Source: an uncultured Methanoregula sp. (lineage in GTDB: Archaea; Halobacteriota; Methanomicrobia; Methanomicrobiales; Methanospirillaceae). Taken from it: a stretch of 64,000 nt of DNA. Positions 25,913 through 35,433 of this stretch are shown piece by piece. The notes under the pieces are model-generated. The model had not been told where the DNA came from, did no database searches, and saw only the letters and a list, made by a program, of their open reading frames with translations. The DNA lies in NCBI GenBank assembly GCA_963677065.1, contig OY781872.1, positions 241,419-305,418 of the forward strand. The letters run 5' to 3'. Numbering within the stretch: the first letter of the stretch is position 1; each line of letters opens with the position of its first letter. A program made the position numbers and the translations under genes.

Positions 25913-28165
25913 TTACGGGGTTTCCTTGAGCAGGATATGGCAGCAGTCGCTTTTATTGCCTGAGGGGGATCGGAACGCTCCGTGGGGAACCGTCAGTTCG
26001 AACCGGGCGCCTTTCTGGTATTCGCCGGTCTCTTTTATGGTGATCCCCGTGATGGAGAGGATCTCTTTGACAAGGAACAGTCCAAGGCCGGTATTCTTGC
26101 CAAAACCTTTTGAGAAGATCTTCTCCTTGTCAAATGGAGGGACTCCCGTTCCATCGTCCTCGATGATGACCGTTGCCGACTCTTTGCCGGTCCGGGCGGA
26201 TACCCGGATCGTGCTGACCCGGTTCCCGTGCTTGAGGGAGTTCTCCACAAGATTGTAAAAAGCCCGTTCCAGCAGCGGATCGGCAAAGATCTCGATCCCG
26301 CCCACATCGGACTGGACGCAGATCTTCTTGATGTCCACGTGGGTGCAGGCATGGAAGAAGGCATCGTGGATGTTCTGCCAGGACGGGGCAGTTGCGCCCA
26401 GGTTCTGGTACACCCGGGTAAACTCGATGTTCTCGCTGATGGTCCGGACCGTGTCGTTGATCTTCCGGAGATACATGGAGTATTCCGGCTCGTCCGGCCG
26501 GTCCCGTACAAGATCGAGATAACCCCCGATGACCGTCAGCTTGTTCCGGATATCGTGCCGTGTTATCTCCGAGAGCAGGTTGAGTTTCCGGTTCGAGAAC
26601 TGGAGGGCTTCCTGCGTCATCTGGATCTCGGAGATATTATGGGCAATGCCCATGATGCACCGGCGTTCCCCATGATAAATCGCTGTTGCGTTGATGATGA
26701 CCGGCACCTGCCGGCCGTCCCGGTCAAGAACGGGCAGCATCTGGGAGCCGGATCCTTCCCGTATCAGCCGTGCGAGATAATCCAGCGATTCGGATCGGAA
26801 TTCGGGAGGATGGAGCTCGTTGAAATGCAGGGTGCGGATCTCTTCGAGAGTTTTGCCAACAAGCTCCTGGGCTTTCCGGTTCGCTTCGAGCAGCATCCCC
26901 GTCTCTGCATCGGTAATGAAGATGGCGTCGTTGGCATGATCCATGAGCCCCCGGTTCTTCTCGTTCTCGATCCGGAGTTCGTCCTCGACCCGTTTGCGGT
27001 CCGTAATGTCGATGGCCGTAAACGTGATACCCTGCGAGATATCCCCCGGTATCAGGGGAGCCGAGCTGAGCAGGATATCGAGGATAGTGCCATCCTTCCG
27101 TTTCCACCGGGTCTCGATCTTGGCAAGGCCCCGCTCCAGGATCTGCCGGTCCCGCTCCCTCTGGACAAAATCATATTCCTCGTCGTCCGGGTAGATCATA
27201 CGGGAATTCTTTCCCATCAGTTCTTCAGGTGCGTACCCGAGAATGTCGCAGAAGTACTGGTTGATCTCGCGGAATTCCTTGTTGACAGAGACGCCGATCC
27301 CGCCGGGCGCAGCGGCAAAGATGCTTTTGAGTTCCGCCTGGCGCTCCTCCAGGGAGATCTCGTTCTTCTTGCTCTCCGTTATGTCCCGCACCGATTCGAT
27401 TGCGCCTGCAATATCCCCGTTCTTGTCATACAACAGGGAGGCTTTTACCTGGAAGACACCGGGTTTTCCCCGGGGACAGGGTGCATCGGTCTCGGCAACC
27501 AGGACGCCTCCCTCCTTCTCGAGGATCGTATAGCCGAGGTCTTTGAGGGTTTCGGACGATTCCAGGATGAGATCGATAAGTATAGGGCGGCGGGTCGGGA
27601 AAAATGCAAGCGCATATTCATAATTCCCTTTCCCGATCATGGAAGAGGCAGGAATTCCGCTCATCACTTCGAATGCCTTGTTCCATGCGATAACAACTCC
27701 TTCCGTGTTGATTGCAAACGTGGCATCCGGCAGAAAATTGATGATATCGGAAAGGCGCTGTTCGGAATTCCTGAGGGCTTCGACTGCCCGCCTTCGTTCA
27801 AGGGCTATCAGGAGCTTGTGCCGGAGTTCGGCAAACTGGGCTTTGGGATCCCCGCCTTTCTGGAGATAAAAATCTGCGCCATTGTTGATGGCCTCAATAA
27901 CAACCTCTTCCCGGCCCCTCCCGGTGAACAGGATGAACGGTATTTGAGCAAAACTGGTCCGGACCTGCTTGAGGAACTCGATACCGTCCATGACCGGCAT
28001 CTGGTAATCGGAGATGATGGCGTCGAATACATGGCTGTTGAGAAGTGCAAGGCCTTCCGCAGCCGAAGAAGCGGTCTGAACGAAAAAATCCCCTCCCCTC
28101 TCAAGGAAGATCTTGCCGAGCTGCAGAAGCTCCGGCTCGTCATCCACATAGAGGAGCGTTATCAT
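25913..28165 (-). CDS. hybrid sensor: receiver domain, multiple PAS domains and a histidine kinase
   Basis: 750 aa. Receiver LLYVDDEPELL...DAIISDYQMPVMDGIEF. Several PAS-like segments. H-box ITRHDIRNKL, N-box NLVENSLKHG and G-box DDGTGVP...GLGLFLV. Confidence 0.9.
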   Translation of the reverse strand: MITLLYVDDEPELLQLGKIFLERGGDFFVQTASSAAEGLALLNSHVFDAIISDYQMPVMDGIEFLKQVRTSFAQIPFILFTGRGREEVVIEAINNGADFYLQKGGDPKAQFAELRHKLLIALERRRAVEALRNSEQRLSDIINFLPDATFAINTEGVVIAWNKAFEVMSGIPASSMIGKGNYEYALAFFPTRRPILIDLILESSETLKDLGYTILEKEGGVLVAETDAPCPRGKPGVFQVKASLLYDKNGDIAGAIESVRDITESKKNEISLEERQAELKSIFAAAPGGIGVSVNKEFREINQYFCDILGYAPEELMGKNSRMIYPDDEEYDFVQRERDRQILERGLAKIETRWKRKDGTILDILLSSAPLIPGDISQGITFTAIDITDRKRVEDELRIENEKNRGLMDHANDAIFITDAETGMLLEANRKAQELVGKTLEEIRTLHFNELHPPEFRSESLDYLARLIREGSGSQMLPVLDRDGRQVPVIINATAIYHGERRCIMGIAHNISEIQMTQEALQFSNRKLNLLSEITRHDIRNKLTVIGGYLDLVRDRPDEPEYSMYLRKINDTVRTISENIEFTRVYQNLGATAPSWQNIHDAFFHACTHVDIKKICVQSDVGGIEIFADPLLERAFYNLVENSLKHGNRVSTIRVSARTGKESATVIIEDDGTGVPPFDKEKIFSKGFGKNTGLGLFLVKEILSITGITIKETGEYQKGARFELTVPHGAFRSPSGNKSDCCHILLKETP

Positions 28166-28498
28166 TCATGTATGGTCTTATGTGACAATGGAAATAATTT
28201 TTTTTATGTGTGATTTTTATATAACTTATTATTTATCCTGCGCACGTATAGTCCGGGAGCGGCAATGGCGTTTTTCGCCATGAATAAAAAAACGGTCCCC
28301 GCCAGGGAGAACATATATTTTTTTATTAAGCGCATGGTGGACCCGTTCGGAGTGAGACCGAAACAGAACCGGGCGAACAGATACAGGGACACTCCTGCCC
28401 GCCAGTATGTGCCCGGGACAATCCCCCGCCATAGATGGTGGCAGAAGGACAGACAAAAAAGGGATCCTGATAATTTCGGTCCCACACCGCCCATAATT

Positions 28499-29173
28499 TT
28501 ATTCTTTCTTTTGCGGAGAATCTGCGGAACAGGCCCGCATCGAGCGGATTATGCCGATGATGATCGAGGCAACAGCAATGAACGAGATCCCGATGATGGC
28601 ATAGATGATGTAACTGAAGTTCTCCTTGACTATCGGCATCTGGCCAAAGAAGAAACCTGCGAGGGTGAAAGCCAGGATCCAGAGGATGCCGCCGATGATG
28701 TTGTAAGAGAGGAACCAGCGGTACGGCATCTTGCCTACACCTGCAAGGAAGGGGGCAAATGTCCTGATGAACGGGATGAACCGGGCAATGACAATGGTGA
28801 ACCCCCCGTATTTTTCAAAATATTCGTGGGTCTTTTCAAGATGGTCCTTTTTTACAAAACTGCACTGTATGTCAAAGAGTTTCATCCCGACTTTGTTCCC
28901 TATCCAGTAATTTACCGTATCGCCCAGGACGGCTGCAAGGATCAGGGTTCCTATCAGGATCTCAGGATTGAGATACCCGGCGCCTGCCAGTGCACCTGCG
29001 ACAAAGAGGAGCGAGTCTCCCGGCAGGTACGGCATGACAACGAGACCGGTCTCGCAGAAGATGATCACAAAGAGGATGAGGTAGGTCCAGAAACCGTACG
29101 TCTCGATGATCCCCGGCAGGTACTTGTCGAAGTGGAGGACGAGATCGATGAAAGTCGAGAACAGCAGATCCAT
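28499..29173 (-). CDS. DedA family membrane protein
   Basis: 224 aa with the VTT/SNARE-associated signature MPYLPGDSLLFVAGALAG...R..P.IRTFAPFLAG. Confidence 0.85.
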   Translation of the reverse strand: MDLLFSTFIDLVLHFDKYLPGIIETYGFWTYLILFVIIFCETGLVVMPYLPGDSLLFVAGALAGAGYLNPEILIGTLILAAVLGDTVNYWIGNKVGMKLFDIQCSFVKKDHLEKTHEYFEKYGGFTIVIARFIPFIRTFAPFLAGVGKMPYRWFLSYNIIGGILWILAFTLAGFFFGQMPIVKENFSYIIYAIIGISFIAVASIIIGIIRSMRACSADSPQKKE

Positions 29174-29299
29174 TTCCGGTTATCTGTGCTTTTGTCTGGC
29201 ATAAATGAATGCCTTTCCGGGCAGGGTGTTGCACGGGTACAGAAAAAAGGTGCGGACTTGTACCGGATATCACCCGGGAACAGGCCTGGAATTAAAAAA

Positions 29300-31885
29300 T
29301 TATTCGGTTTGCCCGGTTTTTCCTGCAGAATACCGGTGATACGCCAGCCTCAGGACAAACCCGACAACAAGGATCGATGCGGACGCAATGATGATCCGGA
29401 TCCACTGCTCAGGCGAGAGCGGCACCGTCCCGAAGATCGCCCCGCCGAACTGGACGATTGCTATCTGGATGAGAACGATCGCCCCCATTACGGCAAAGAA
29501 CGTCGGGTTTCCGCGGAAGAAGGCGGGCATCTTCCCGTCAAGGGCCCGGCAGTTGATCCCGTTCCAGACCGCAGCAATGATGAAGGCAGAGAAGAAGACC
29601 GTGCTCACTTCCGCGGGAGTCTGGCCGCCAAGGAATCCGGTCCCGAGCTGGAGGATGCCGGCCAGGATCAGGAACGTTGCCGTCACGATGATCGAGAGCC
29701 ACATGAACGGCGTGACTATCTTCGCGTCCTGCGGCACGGGCCGGTGGTTCATAAGCCCGCCGTGGGGTGCTTCCGAGCAGAGGGCAAAGGCGGCAAGGGT
29801 GTCCATGATGATGTTGATCCAGAGGATCTGGATGATGGAGAACGGCTCGGGAAACCCAAGAAGCGGGGCGATGAAGACAAGGATGCAGGCGCAGAAGTTG
29901 ATCGTGAGCTGGAAGAGGATGAACCGCTGGATGTTCTCGTACAGCGATCGTCCCCACCAGACAGCGCTCGTGATCGAGGCAAACGAATCATCAAGAAGGA
30001 TGATATCGCTTGCCTCCCGTGCCACTTCCGTTCCCGCGATACCCATGGCAAGGCCGACATCGGCATGCTTGAGGGCGGGGGCATCGTTCGTACCGTCACC
30101 GGTCACGGCCACGACCGCACCGGTCTTCTGGAGCGCTTCGACCAGCAGGAGCTTGTCCATGGGTTCCGCCCGGGCCATCACATCGAGGTTCCGGGCTGCT
30201 TCGACCTGCTCCTCTTTGGAAAGGGCCCGGAAGGCTCCCCCGGTCATGACCGTCCCGTCCGTTAAGATCCCGGCCTCGCGGGCAATGGCCCGGGCAGTCT
30301 CGGGATTGTCGCCGGTCACCATCCTCACGCGGATGCCGGCAGAATGGCAGGTTGCAACCGATTCGGCGATATGGTCCCGGAGGGGATCGCGGATACCAAC
30401 GAATCCGTCCCAGGTCAGATTCTGCTCGCTCTCGTCGCCGTCCGGGATCTCCCGGTGGGCGAACGCGAGCGTCCGCATGGCCCGCGAGGCAAGGGCACTC
30501 ACACCGGAGAGATCCGGTTTTGCCGTACAGAGCGCAGCGATGATCTCGGGGGCGCCCTTGACAAGCAAAAACGATCTGCCTTCGAGCCGGATGACCGTGG
30601 ACATCCGTTTCCGGTTGCCATCGAAAAGATACTGCTTGGTCACGTGGTTCTCGGCCCGGATCTGCATATAATCGAGCGATTCGCCCCGGAGCCAGCGGAG
30701 CAGGGCGCCTTCCGTGGAGTTCCCGATCACGATGATTTTTCCGTCGCGCTCATCCAGGTGTGCGGTCCCGTTCACCGCAGCATTGAGCGTGATCCATTCT
30801 GCCGCAGTTGCCGGAATATCCGGGGGATTTGCGGGTTTTCCGGCTGAAGATTCCACGACCTCCATCTGGTTCTTTGTCAGCGTGCCGGTCTTGTCCGTGC
30901 AGATGGTGGTTGCCGACCCGATAGTCTCGCAGGCAATGAGTCTCCTGACAAGGCAGTTGGCCCGGGTCATCTTGCGCATGGCAAGCGAGAGCGAGAGCGC
31001 AACGCTCATCGGGAGGCCTTCGGGCACGGCGGCGACGACGATTACAACCGCAAGCATGAAGTACTGGAGGACATTGTTGGCAGAATCGAGGTTGAGCCCG
31101 GTCACGTCCCCGACCAGAACGCCCCGGATGAAGAGCGTGACGCAGATGAGAACCGCCATGGCGTACCCGAACCTGCTTATCACGCCGGCAAGAGACGTGA
31201 GTTTTTGTTCGAGGGGTGTCTCGGTGGCATGGTCGATCCCAAGCGACGCGGCAATCACGCCCATCTGGGCGGAGTCGCCGACTGCTGCTGCAATCATATG
31301 CCCTTTTCCGGCCGTGATGAACGCGCCCTTGAGAACCTTGTCCCGCACCTCTTTTTTCACCGGCTCCGTCTCTCCCGTGAAGGCCGATTCATCAGAAGAG
31401 AGATCGTCGGACAGGAGAACCCAGCCGTCCGCCGGGATTGCGTCACCGGCCTCAAGAAGGATCAGGTCGCCGACAACGATCTCCCGCGAGGGGACCGAGG
31501 CTGCATGGCCGTTGCGGATCACCTTCACGGCCACGTCGTCCCGGTGCGCGTTGAGGACGTCGAACTCCCGGCTGCTCCGGTACTCGTTGAAGAACGCAAT
31601 GCCGGTTGCAAGAAGAACCGCGACAATGATCCCGATGGTGTCGAGGAACCCGCTTCCCTTGATCACCGATACGATCAGGGAGACAGCGACCGCAAAGAGC
31701 AGGATCCTTATGATCGGGTCGTTGAACTTTTCCAAGTACTGTTTCCAGAGCGGCTCGCGTACCGGGGGGGTCATGGCATTGGCGCCATAACTTGCTCGGA
31801 GGCGCGGCACATCCTGTGCGGCTATACCGGAGGTACCCGTGAGGGTAGCGAGTTCATCAAGAGGAATGAGGGCGGGTTCTTTCAT
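29300..31885 (-). CDS. P-type cation-transporting ATPase (P2, Ca2+-ATPase-like)
   Basis: The ATG at 31885 gives 861 aa starting MKEPALIPLDEL. Motifs PEGLP, CTDKTGTLT, KGAPE, MVTGDN and GDGTNDAPAL. The ORF-track extension to 32272 would run through the divergent regulator's promoter and start. Confidence 0.9.
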   Translation of the reverse strand: MKEPALIPLDELATLTGTSGIAAQDVPRLRASYGANAMTPPVREPLWKQYLEKFNDPIIRILLFAVAVSLIVSVIKGSGFLDTIGIIVAVLLATGIAFFNEYRSSREFDVLNAHRDDVAVKVIRNGHAASVPSREIVVGDLILLEAGDAIPADGWVLLSDDLSSDESAFTGETEPVKKEVRDKVLKGAFITAGKGHMIAAAVGDSAQMGVIAASLGIDHATETPLEQKLTSLAGVISRFGYAMAVLICVTLFIRGVLVGDVTGLNLDSANNVLQYFMLAVVIVVAAVPEGLPMSVALSLSLAMRKMTRANCLVRRLIACETIGSATTICTDKTGTLTKNQMEVVESSAGKPANPPDIPATAAEWITLNAAVNGTAHLDERDGKIIVIGNSTEGALLRWLRGESLDYMQIRAENHVTKQYLFDGNRKRMSTVIRLEGRSFLLVKGAPEIIAALCTAKPDLSGVSALASRAMRTLAFAHREIPDGDESEQNLTWDGFVGIRDPLRDHIAESVATCHSAGIRVRMVTGDNPETARAIAREAGILTDGTVMTGGAFRALSKEEQVEAARNLDVMARAEPMDKLLLVEALQKTGAVVAVTGDGTNDAPALKHADVGLAMGIAGTEVAREASDIILLDDSFASITSAVWWGRSLYENIQRFILFQLTINFCACILVFIAPLLGFPEPFSIIQILWINIIMDTLAAFALCSEAPHGGLMNHRPVPQDAKIVTPFMWLSIIVTATFLILAGILQLGTGFLGGQTPAEVSTVFFSAFIIAAVWNGINCRALDGKMPAFFRGNPTFFAVMGAIVLIQIAIVQFGGAIFGTVPLSPEQWIRIIIASASILVVGFVLRLAYHRYSAGKTGQTE

Positions 31886-32049
31886 ACAGGTTCCACGCGG
31901 GACAATTGGGTGAACAGAATGGGTGCTTGGAGATAATAGCAGTTCGTCAGATCCGCGTGCATCCCGGGCTGCCCGGTACGCGAGGGTTCGCTGCATAAAG
32001 GTCCGCCGTCTTTGGGCAATACCGGATCCTGCAGGGCTTGCTGCGAAAA

Positions 32050-32066
32050 TTTGGGATGATCCCAAA
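32050..32066. promoter_or_regulatory. perfect 17-bp palindrome, candidate operator
   Basis: TTTGGGAT-G-ATCCCAAA ends 33 nt upstream of the DtxR-type regulator's ATG. It lies in the divergent region shared with the P-type ATPase. Confidence 0.4.
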
Positions 32067-32098
32067 CATTCATGAGCAGCGCCGGATAACTTCCATGC

Positions 32099-32530
32099 AT
32101 GGAAATCCGCAACGGCCTTGAACTCTCTCCAAGGAAATCCGCGTACATCCGGTACATCCACGAGAAAGGGGGACCGGTCCGGACAAGCGAGATCGCATCG
32201 CGCTTCCGCGTTGATCCCTCGACGGTTACAAAAACGATAGCCGAACTGGTCGAGAGCGGCCTCCTCACCCATACACCCTATTACGGGGTCCGGCTTTCAG
32301 ATGACGGCCGGTCGTACGCCGGGTTTCTCGTTAAAAGGCACCGGATCCTCTCGCTCGTCTTCACCCATTACGGCCTCTCGGACGAACAGGCCTGCGAGGA
32401 AGTTTCGCGGTTCGAGAGTCTCGTCTCCAAGGACGCCATCGACCGGATGTGCCATGCCATGGGACATCCCCGGCAGAGCGTCTGCGGCGAGATTACGCAC
32501 GATCACGGGTGCCTGGATCATGTCAGGTGA
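32099..32530 (+). CDS. DtxR/MntR-family metal-dependent transcriptional regulator
   Basis: 143 aa. Winged HTH SPRKSAYIRYIHEKGGPVRTSEIASRFRVDPSTVTKTIAELVESGLL, then a dimerisation and metal-binding region rich in H, C and E. Confidence 0.8.
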   Translation: MEIRNGLELSPRKSAYIRYIHEKGGPVRTSEIASRFRVDPSTVTKTIAELVESGLLTHTPYYGVRLSDDGRSYAGFLVKRHRILSLVFTHYGLSDEQACEEVSRFESLVSKDAIDRMCHAMGHPRQSVCGEITHDHGCLDHVR

Positions 32531-32590
32531 TCCGCTGCGGGTGCGGGCCGTACCGGTTAGAATATACCAGAAAAAACGAGGCTGTCTCCC

Positions 32591-33406
32591 ATGAGTTCCG
32601 CTGCATTCTCCCCCCATATCCCCGATCTCGATCTCATCACGTACTATGCCGAGAAGCAGGCAACGTTCTTCTCTCGGGTGAGCCCCTGGACAAAGTTCGG
32701 CAGCCTGATCTTCCTCGTCCTGGCCATCACCCTCACCCGCAACCTCGTCCTCCTCCTCGGGCTGTACCTCATTGTCGTGTCCCTGTACGTGCTGGCCGGC
32801 CTGCCGGTGCGAAAACTGGTTGCCTGGTACACCCTCCCCCTCCTCTTCGTCATATCGCTCATCGGCCTCATGATCTGGAGCGAACCGGGCATTCCCCTGT
32901 TCAGTCTCTCTCTCTGGGGATTTACCCTGAGCCTCACGGACAACGGTCTTCTCCTCATATTGACCCTGACCCTGAAGGCATTCATCTCAGTCACCTTCTC
33001 GCTCTTCTTCTTAATGACGACACGGTACCAGCACTTTGCAGCCATGATCTCGCGGATCTTCCCGGCCCCGCTCGACCAGATCTTTCTCATGGCGTACCGG
33101 TTCCTCTTCCTCACGCTTGCGATGACTGCATCCGTCATCAAGGCCGTCCGCTCGCGGGGCGGGGGCCTCATCCACAGCGTGCGGATGCAGGGCCGGCTCT
33201 TTGCCGGTGTCTTTGCCCATGTCTTTATCCGCTCCTTCGAGCGCGGCGAACGCGTGCACAAGGCCATGACCGCCCGGGGATATTCCGGATCATATGCTTC
33301 GTACGGGGATGTGCCAAGGCCGGCCCTCGCCGGATTCAGTCTCCTCTTCGCTCTTGCGGTCATCTCGTGCGTACTTGTGATCACTTCGCCATACCGGGGG
33401 TGGTGA
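32591..33406 (+). CDS. cbiQ: ECF transporter transmembrane (T) component, CbiQ family
   Basis: 271 aa multi-TM protein placed directly before the ATPase. Shows a CbiQ-like ARG-type segment (AVRSRGG). Confidence 0.8.
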   Translation: MSSAAFSPHIPDLDLITYYAEKQATFFSRVSPWTKFGSLIFLVLAITLTRNLVLLLGLYLIVVSLYVLAGLPVRKLVAWYTLPLLFVISLIGLMIWSEPGIPLFSLSLWGFTLSLTDNGLLLILTLTLKAFISVTFSLFFLMTTRYQHFAAMISRIFPAPLDQIFLMAYRFLFLTLAMTASVIKAVRSRGGGLIHSVRMQGRLFAGVFAHVFIRSFERGERVHKAMTARGYSGSYASYGDVPRPALAGFSLLFALAVISCVLVITSPYRGW

Positions 33407-33410
33407 TCGT

Positions 33411-34304
33411 ATGACATCACAACCACCGGTCTCCGCACCGCACCACTGCCTCCCCCCTGACCCGGAGAACGAGCTGATCCACGTGGATTGCGCAAGCCAC
33501 GTGTATCCCGACGGCAGTGTAGGGATCCACGAGATGTGCTTCTCGGTGAAAAAACACGAGATCGTGGCGATCTGCGGTCCCAACGGATCGGGGAAGTCCA
33601 CGCTGATCGAGCATCTCAACGGCCTGCTCCGACCGACCATGGGCCGGGTCTGGGTGAACGGCAAGACCATTTCTGAGGGCGATCAGGCAAACCTCTGGAA
33701 AGAGGTAGGCCTCGTCTTCCAGCAATCCGATGACCAGCTCTTTGCCCCGACCGTGATCGACGACGTGATGTTCGGGCCGCTGAACATGGGAATGTCAAGG
33801 GAAGAGGCACTGGCCCGGGCCACAAAAGCCCTTGAGACGGTCGGGGCCGGGGATCTTGCAGGCAAACTCCCCAATTATTTGAGCGGCGGCCAGAAACGTC
33901 TCATCTCGATCGCCGGCATCCTTGCCATGCAGCCGCGTATCATCGCCATGGACGAGCCCACGTCCGATCTCGACCCCATCCATACCGCACTTGTCGAATC
34001 GATCATCCGGGATCTCCGCGACCGCCAGAACATATCGGTGGTCATTGCCACGCACGACCTGGACCTGGCAGCCCGGATTGCCGACCGGGTCTGCCTGGTC
34101 CAAAATGGCGCCGTGTATATCCAGGGAACGCCGCAGGAGATCTTTTACAACCCGGACCTTGTACAGGAAGCCGGACTCGCCCTTCCCTCGACCGTCAGGA
34201 CCTATCTTGATTTCTGTAAAGCATCAGGTACCAGGCCTGCCGATCGCCCGGTCCGGCGGGACGAGCTGACGCAGGCGCTCCTGAGGATCCGGTCAGGTAC
34301 CTGA
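33411..34304 (+). CDS. cbiO: ECF/ABC transporter ATP-binding protein, CbiO family
   Basis: Walker A GPNGSGKST, signature LSGGQKRL and Walker B IIAMDEPTSDLD. Confidence 0.9.
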   Translation: MTSQPPVSAPHHCLPPDPENELIHVDCASHVYPDGSVGIHEMCFSVKKHEIVAICGPNGSGKSTLIEHLNGLLRPTMGRVWVNGKTISEGDQANLWKEVGLVFQQSDDQLFAPTVIDDVMFGPLNMGMSREEALARATKALETVGAGDLAGKLPNYLSGGQKRLISIAGILAMQPRIIAMDEPTSDLDPIHTALVESIIRDLRDRQNISVVIATHDLDLAARIADRVCLVQNGAVYIQGTPQEIFYNPDLVQEAGLALPSTVRTYLDFCKASGTRPADRPVRRDELTQALLRIRSGT

Positions 34305-34427
34305 GCCCGGCAATTTTTGGGCTCTTACCAAAATTCCCGCAACCTTGATATCCGCTCCCGTGAGATGTGTGGATAGACAGACCGGGCGGATCAATTTTGC
34401 CCGGGATATCTCCGGGGTCTCATAATC

Positions 34428-35078
34428 ATGGCGCATATCCATCTCGAGGACGGTTCCTTTTCCCTCCTGTGGGTTTTGATCTGGTGGGCATCGGCCCTCA
34501 TTCTTCTCGGCTTTGCCCTCTATTTCCTGCGCACATCGAAAAAGCCGGATCCCCGGCGCATCACGATAGCAGCATTCTGCACGGCAGCCGCGTTTGCGAT
34601 CTTCCAGGTCGACATCCCGATCGCCGGGGGAGTCCACATCAACTTAACCCCGCTCATCGGGATCCTGACCGGCCCCCTGGTCGGGTCGCTGATCGTCTTT
34701 ATCACAAACATCCTCTCAGCAGCAATCGGCCACGGGGGATGGGGGATGATAGGAGCAAACACGCTTGTTAATTTCTCGGAAGTGGTCTCTGCCTATGCGA
34801 TTTTCCGCATCCTTAAGCGCAGGCTCCCCGATCATTTCTCCCGGGCCGCTCTTGCCACCCTTGCCGGCCTCTTCATCGGGAACTGCGTGATGATCGCAAT
34901 CATCATGGTCTCCGGCATCCAGGGAGTGACCCAGGGAAGCTCCCAGATCCTTGCCGGCCTCTCCCTCATCTTTGCCATCAACATGGCAGTCGCGGTCATC
35001 GAGGCATTCGTAACAGGCCTCACGGTCGCCTACATGGGCCGGGTCCGCCCCGATCTTCTGGACGAGGGAAAAGCATGA
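34428..35078 (+). CDS. cbiM: cobalt/nickel ECF substrate-capture component, CbiM/NikM family
   Basis: 216 aa. The N-terminus MAHIHLEDG resembles the metal-binding MHIPDG terminus. Seven TM helices. Confidence 0.8.
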   Translation: MAHIHLEDGSFSLLWVLIWWASALILLGFALYFLRTSKKPDPRRITIAAFCTAAAFAIFQVDIPIAGGVHINLTPLIGILTGPLVGSLIVFITNILSAAIGHGGWGMIGANTLVNFSEVVSAYAIFRILKRRLPDHFSRAALATLAGLFIGNCVMIAIIMVSGIQGVTQGSSQILAGLSLIFAINMAVAVIEAFVTGLTVAYMGRVRPDLLDEGKA

Positions 35079-35353
35079 GCAAAGAGGAAGAGAAGAAAAC
35101 TTTTCATGGGATAGCACTCTTCCTCCTGCTTGCGGGGATCATCGGGATAATCGCTATCATCGCTCTCGGCATAACCGGGCCTCTCGGGATCGAGGAACGG
35201 TTTGCTTCCGCAGTCGGCCAGCAGCCGGGCGATGCAGTGCATGAAGATGATGGAGGTGGGTTCTCCATTGAGGGACAGCCTCTCATCTATGGAGCTTTTC
35301 TGGTCATTCTCATCCTTGTATGCATTTTCATGTACCGGAAATTTCGCATATGA
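35075..35353 (+). CDS. cbiN: small two-TM partner of CbiM (CbiN/PDGLE-like)
   Basis: 92 aa with an ATGA overlap with cbiM. It has TM helices at both ends with a loop GPLGIEERFA, resembling the PDGLE motif as recalled. Confidence 0.5.
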   Translation: MSKEEEKKTFHGIALFLLLAGIIGIIAIIALGITGPLGIEERFASAVGQQPGDAVHEDDGGGFSIEGQPLIYGAFLVILILVCIFMYRKFRI

Positions 35354-35433
35354 GGGGAGATGAAGGATTCGCGGAGAGACCCGGCCCCCATCCACCGGGT
35401 ATTTAAGGACCCGGACAGATCACTCATCTGAAC

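Noticed and set aside
26228-28213. 661-aa ORF on the plus strand
   Set aside because: It is antisense to the receiver-PAS-histidine kinase gene, which has unambiguous motifs. Shadow ORF.
28265-30265. 666-aa ORF on the plus strand
   Set aside because: It is antisense to the DedA and P-type ATPase genes. Its low-complexity R/D/E/P-rich translation marks it as a shadow ORF.
31886-32272. 129-codon N-terminal extension of the P-type ATPase ORF
   Set aside because: The extension is not ATPase-like. It would overlap the start of the divergent DtxR-type regulator and its promoter and palindrome. The ATG at 31885 yields the canonical Cation_ATPase_N-type beginning.
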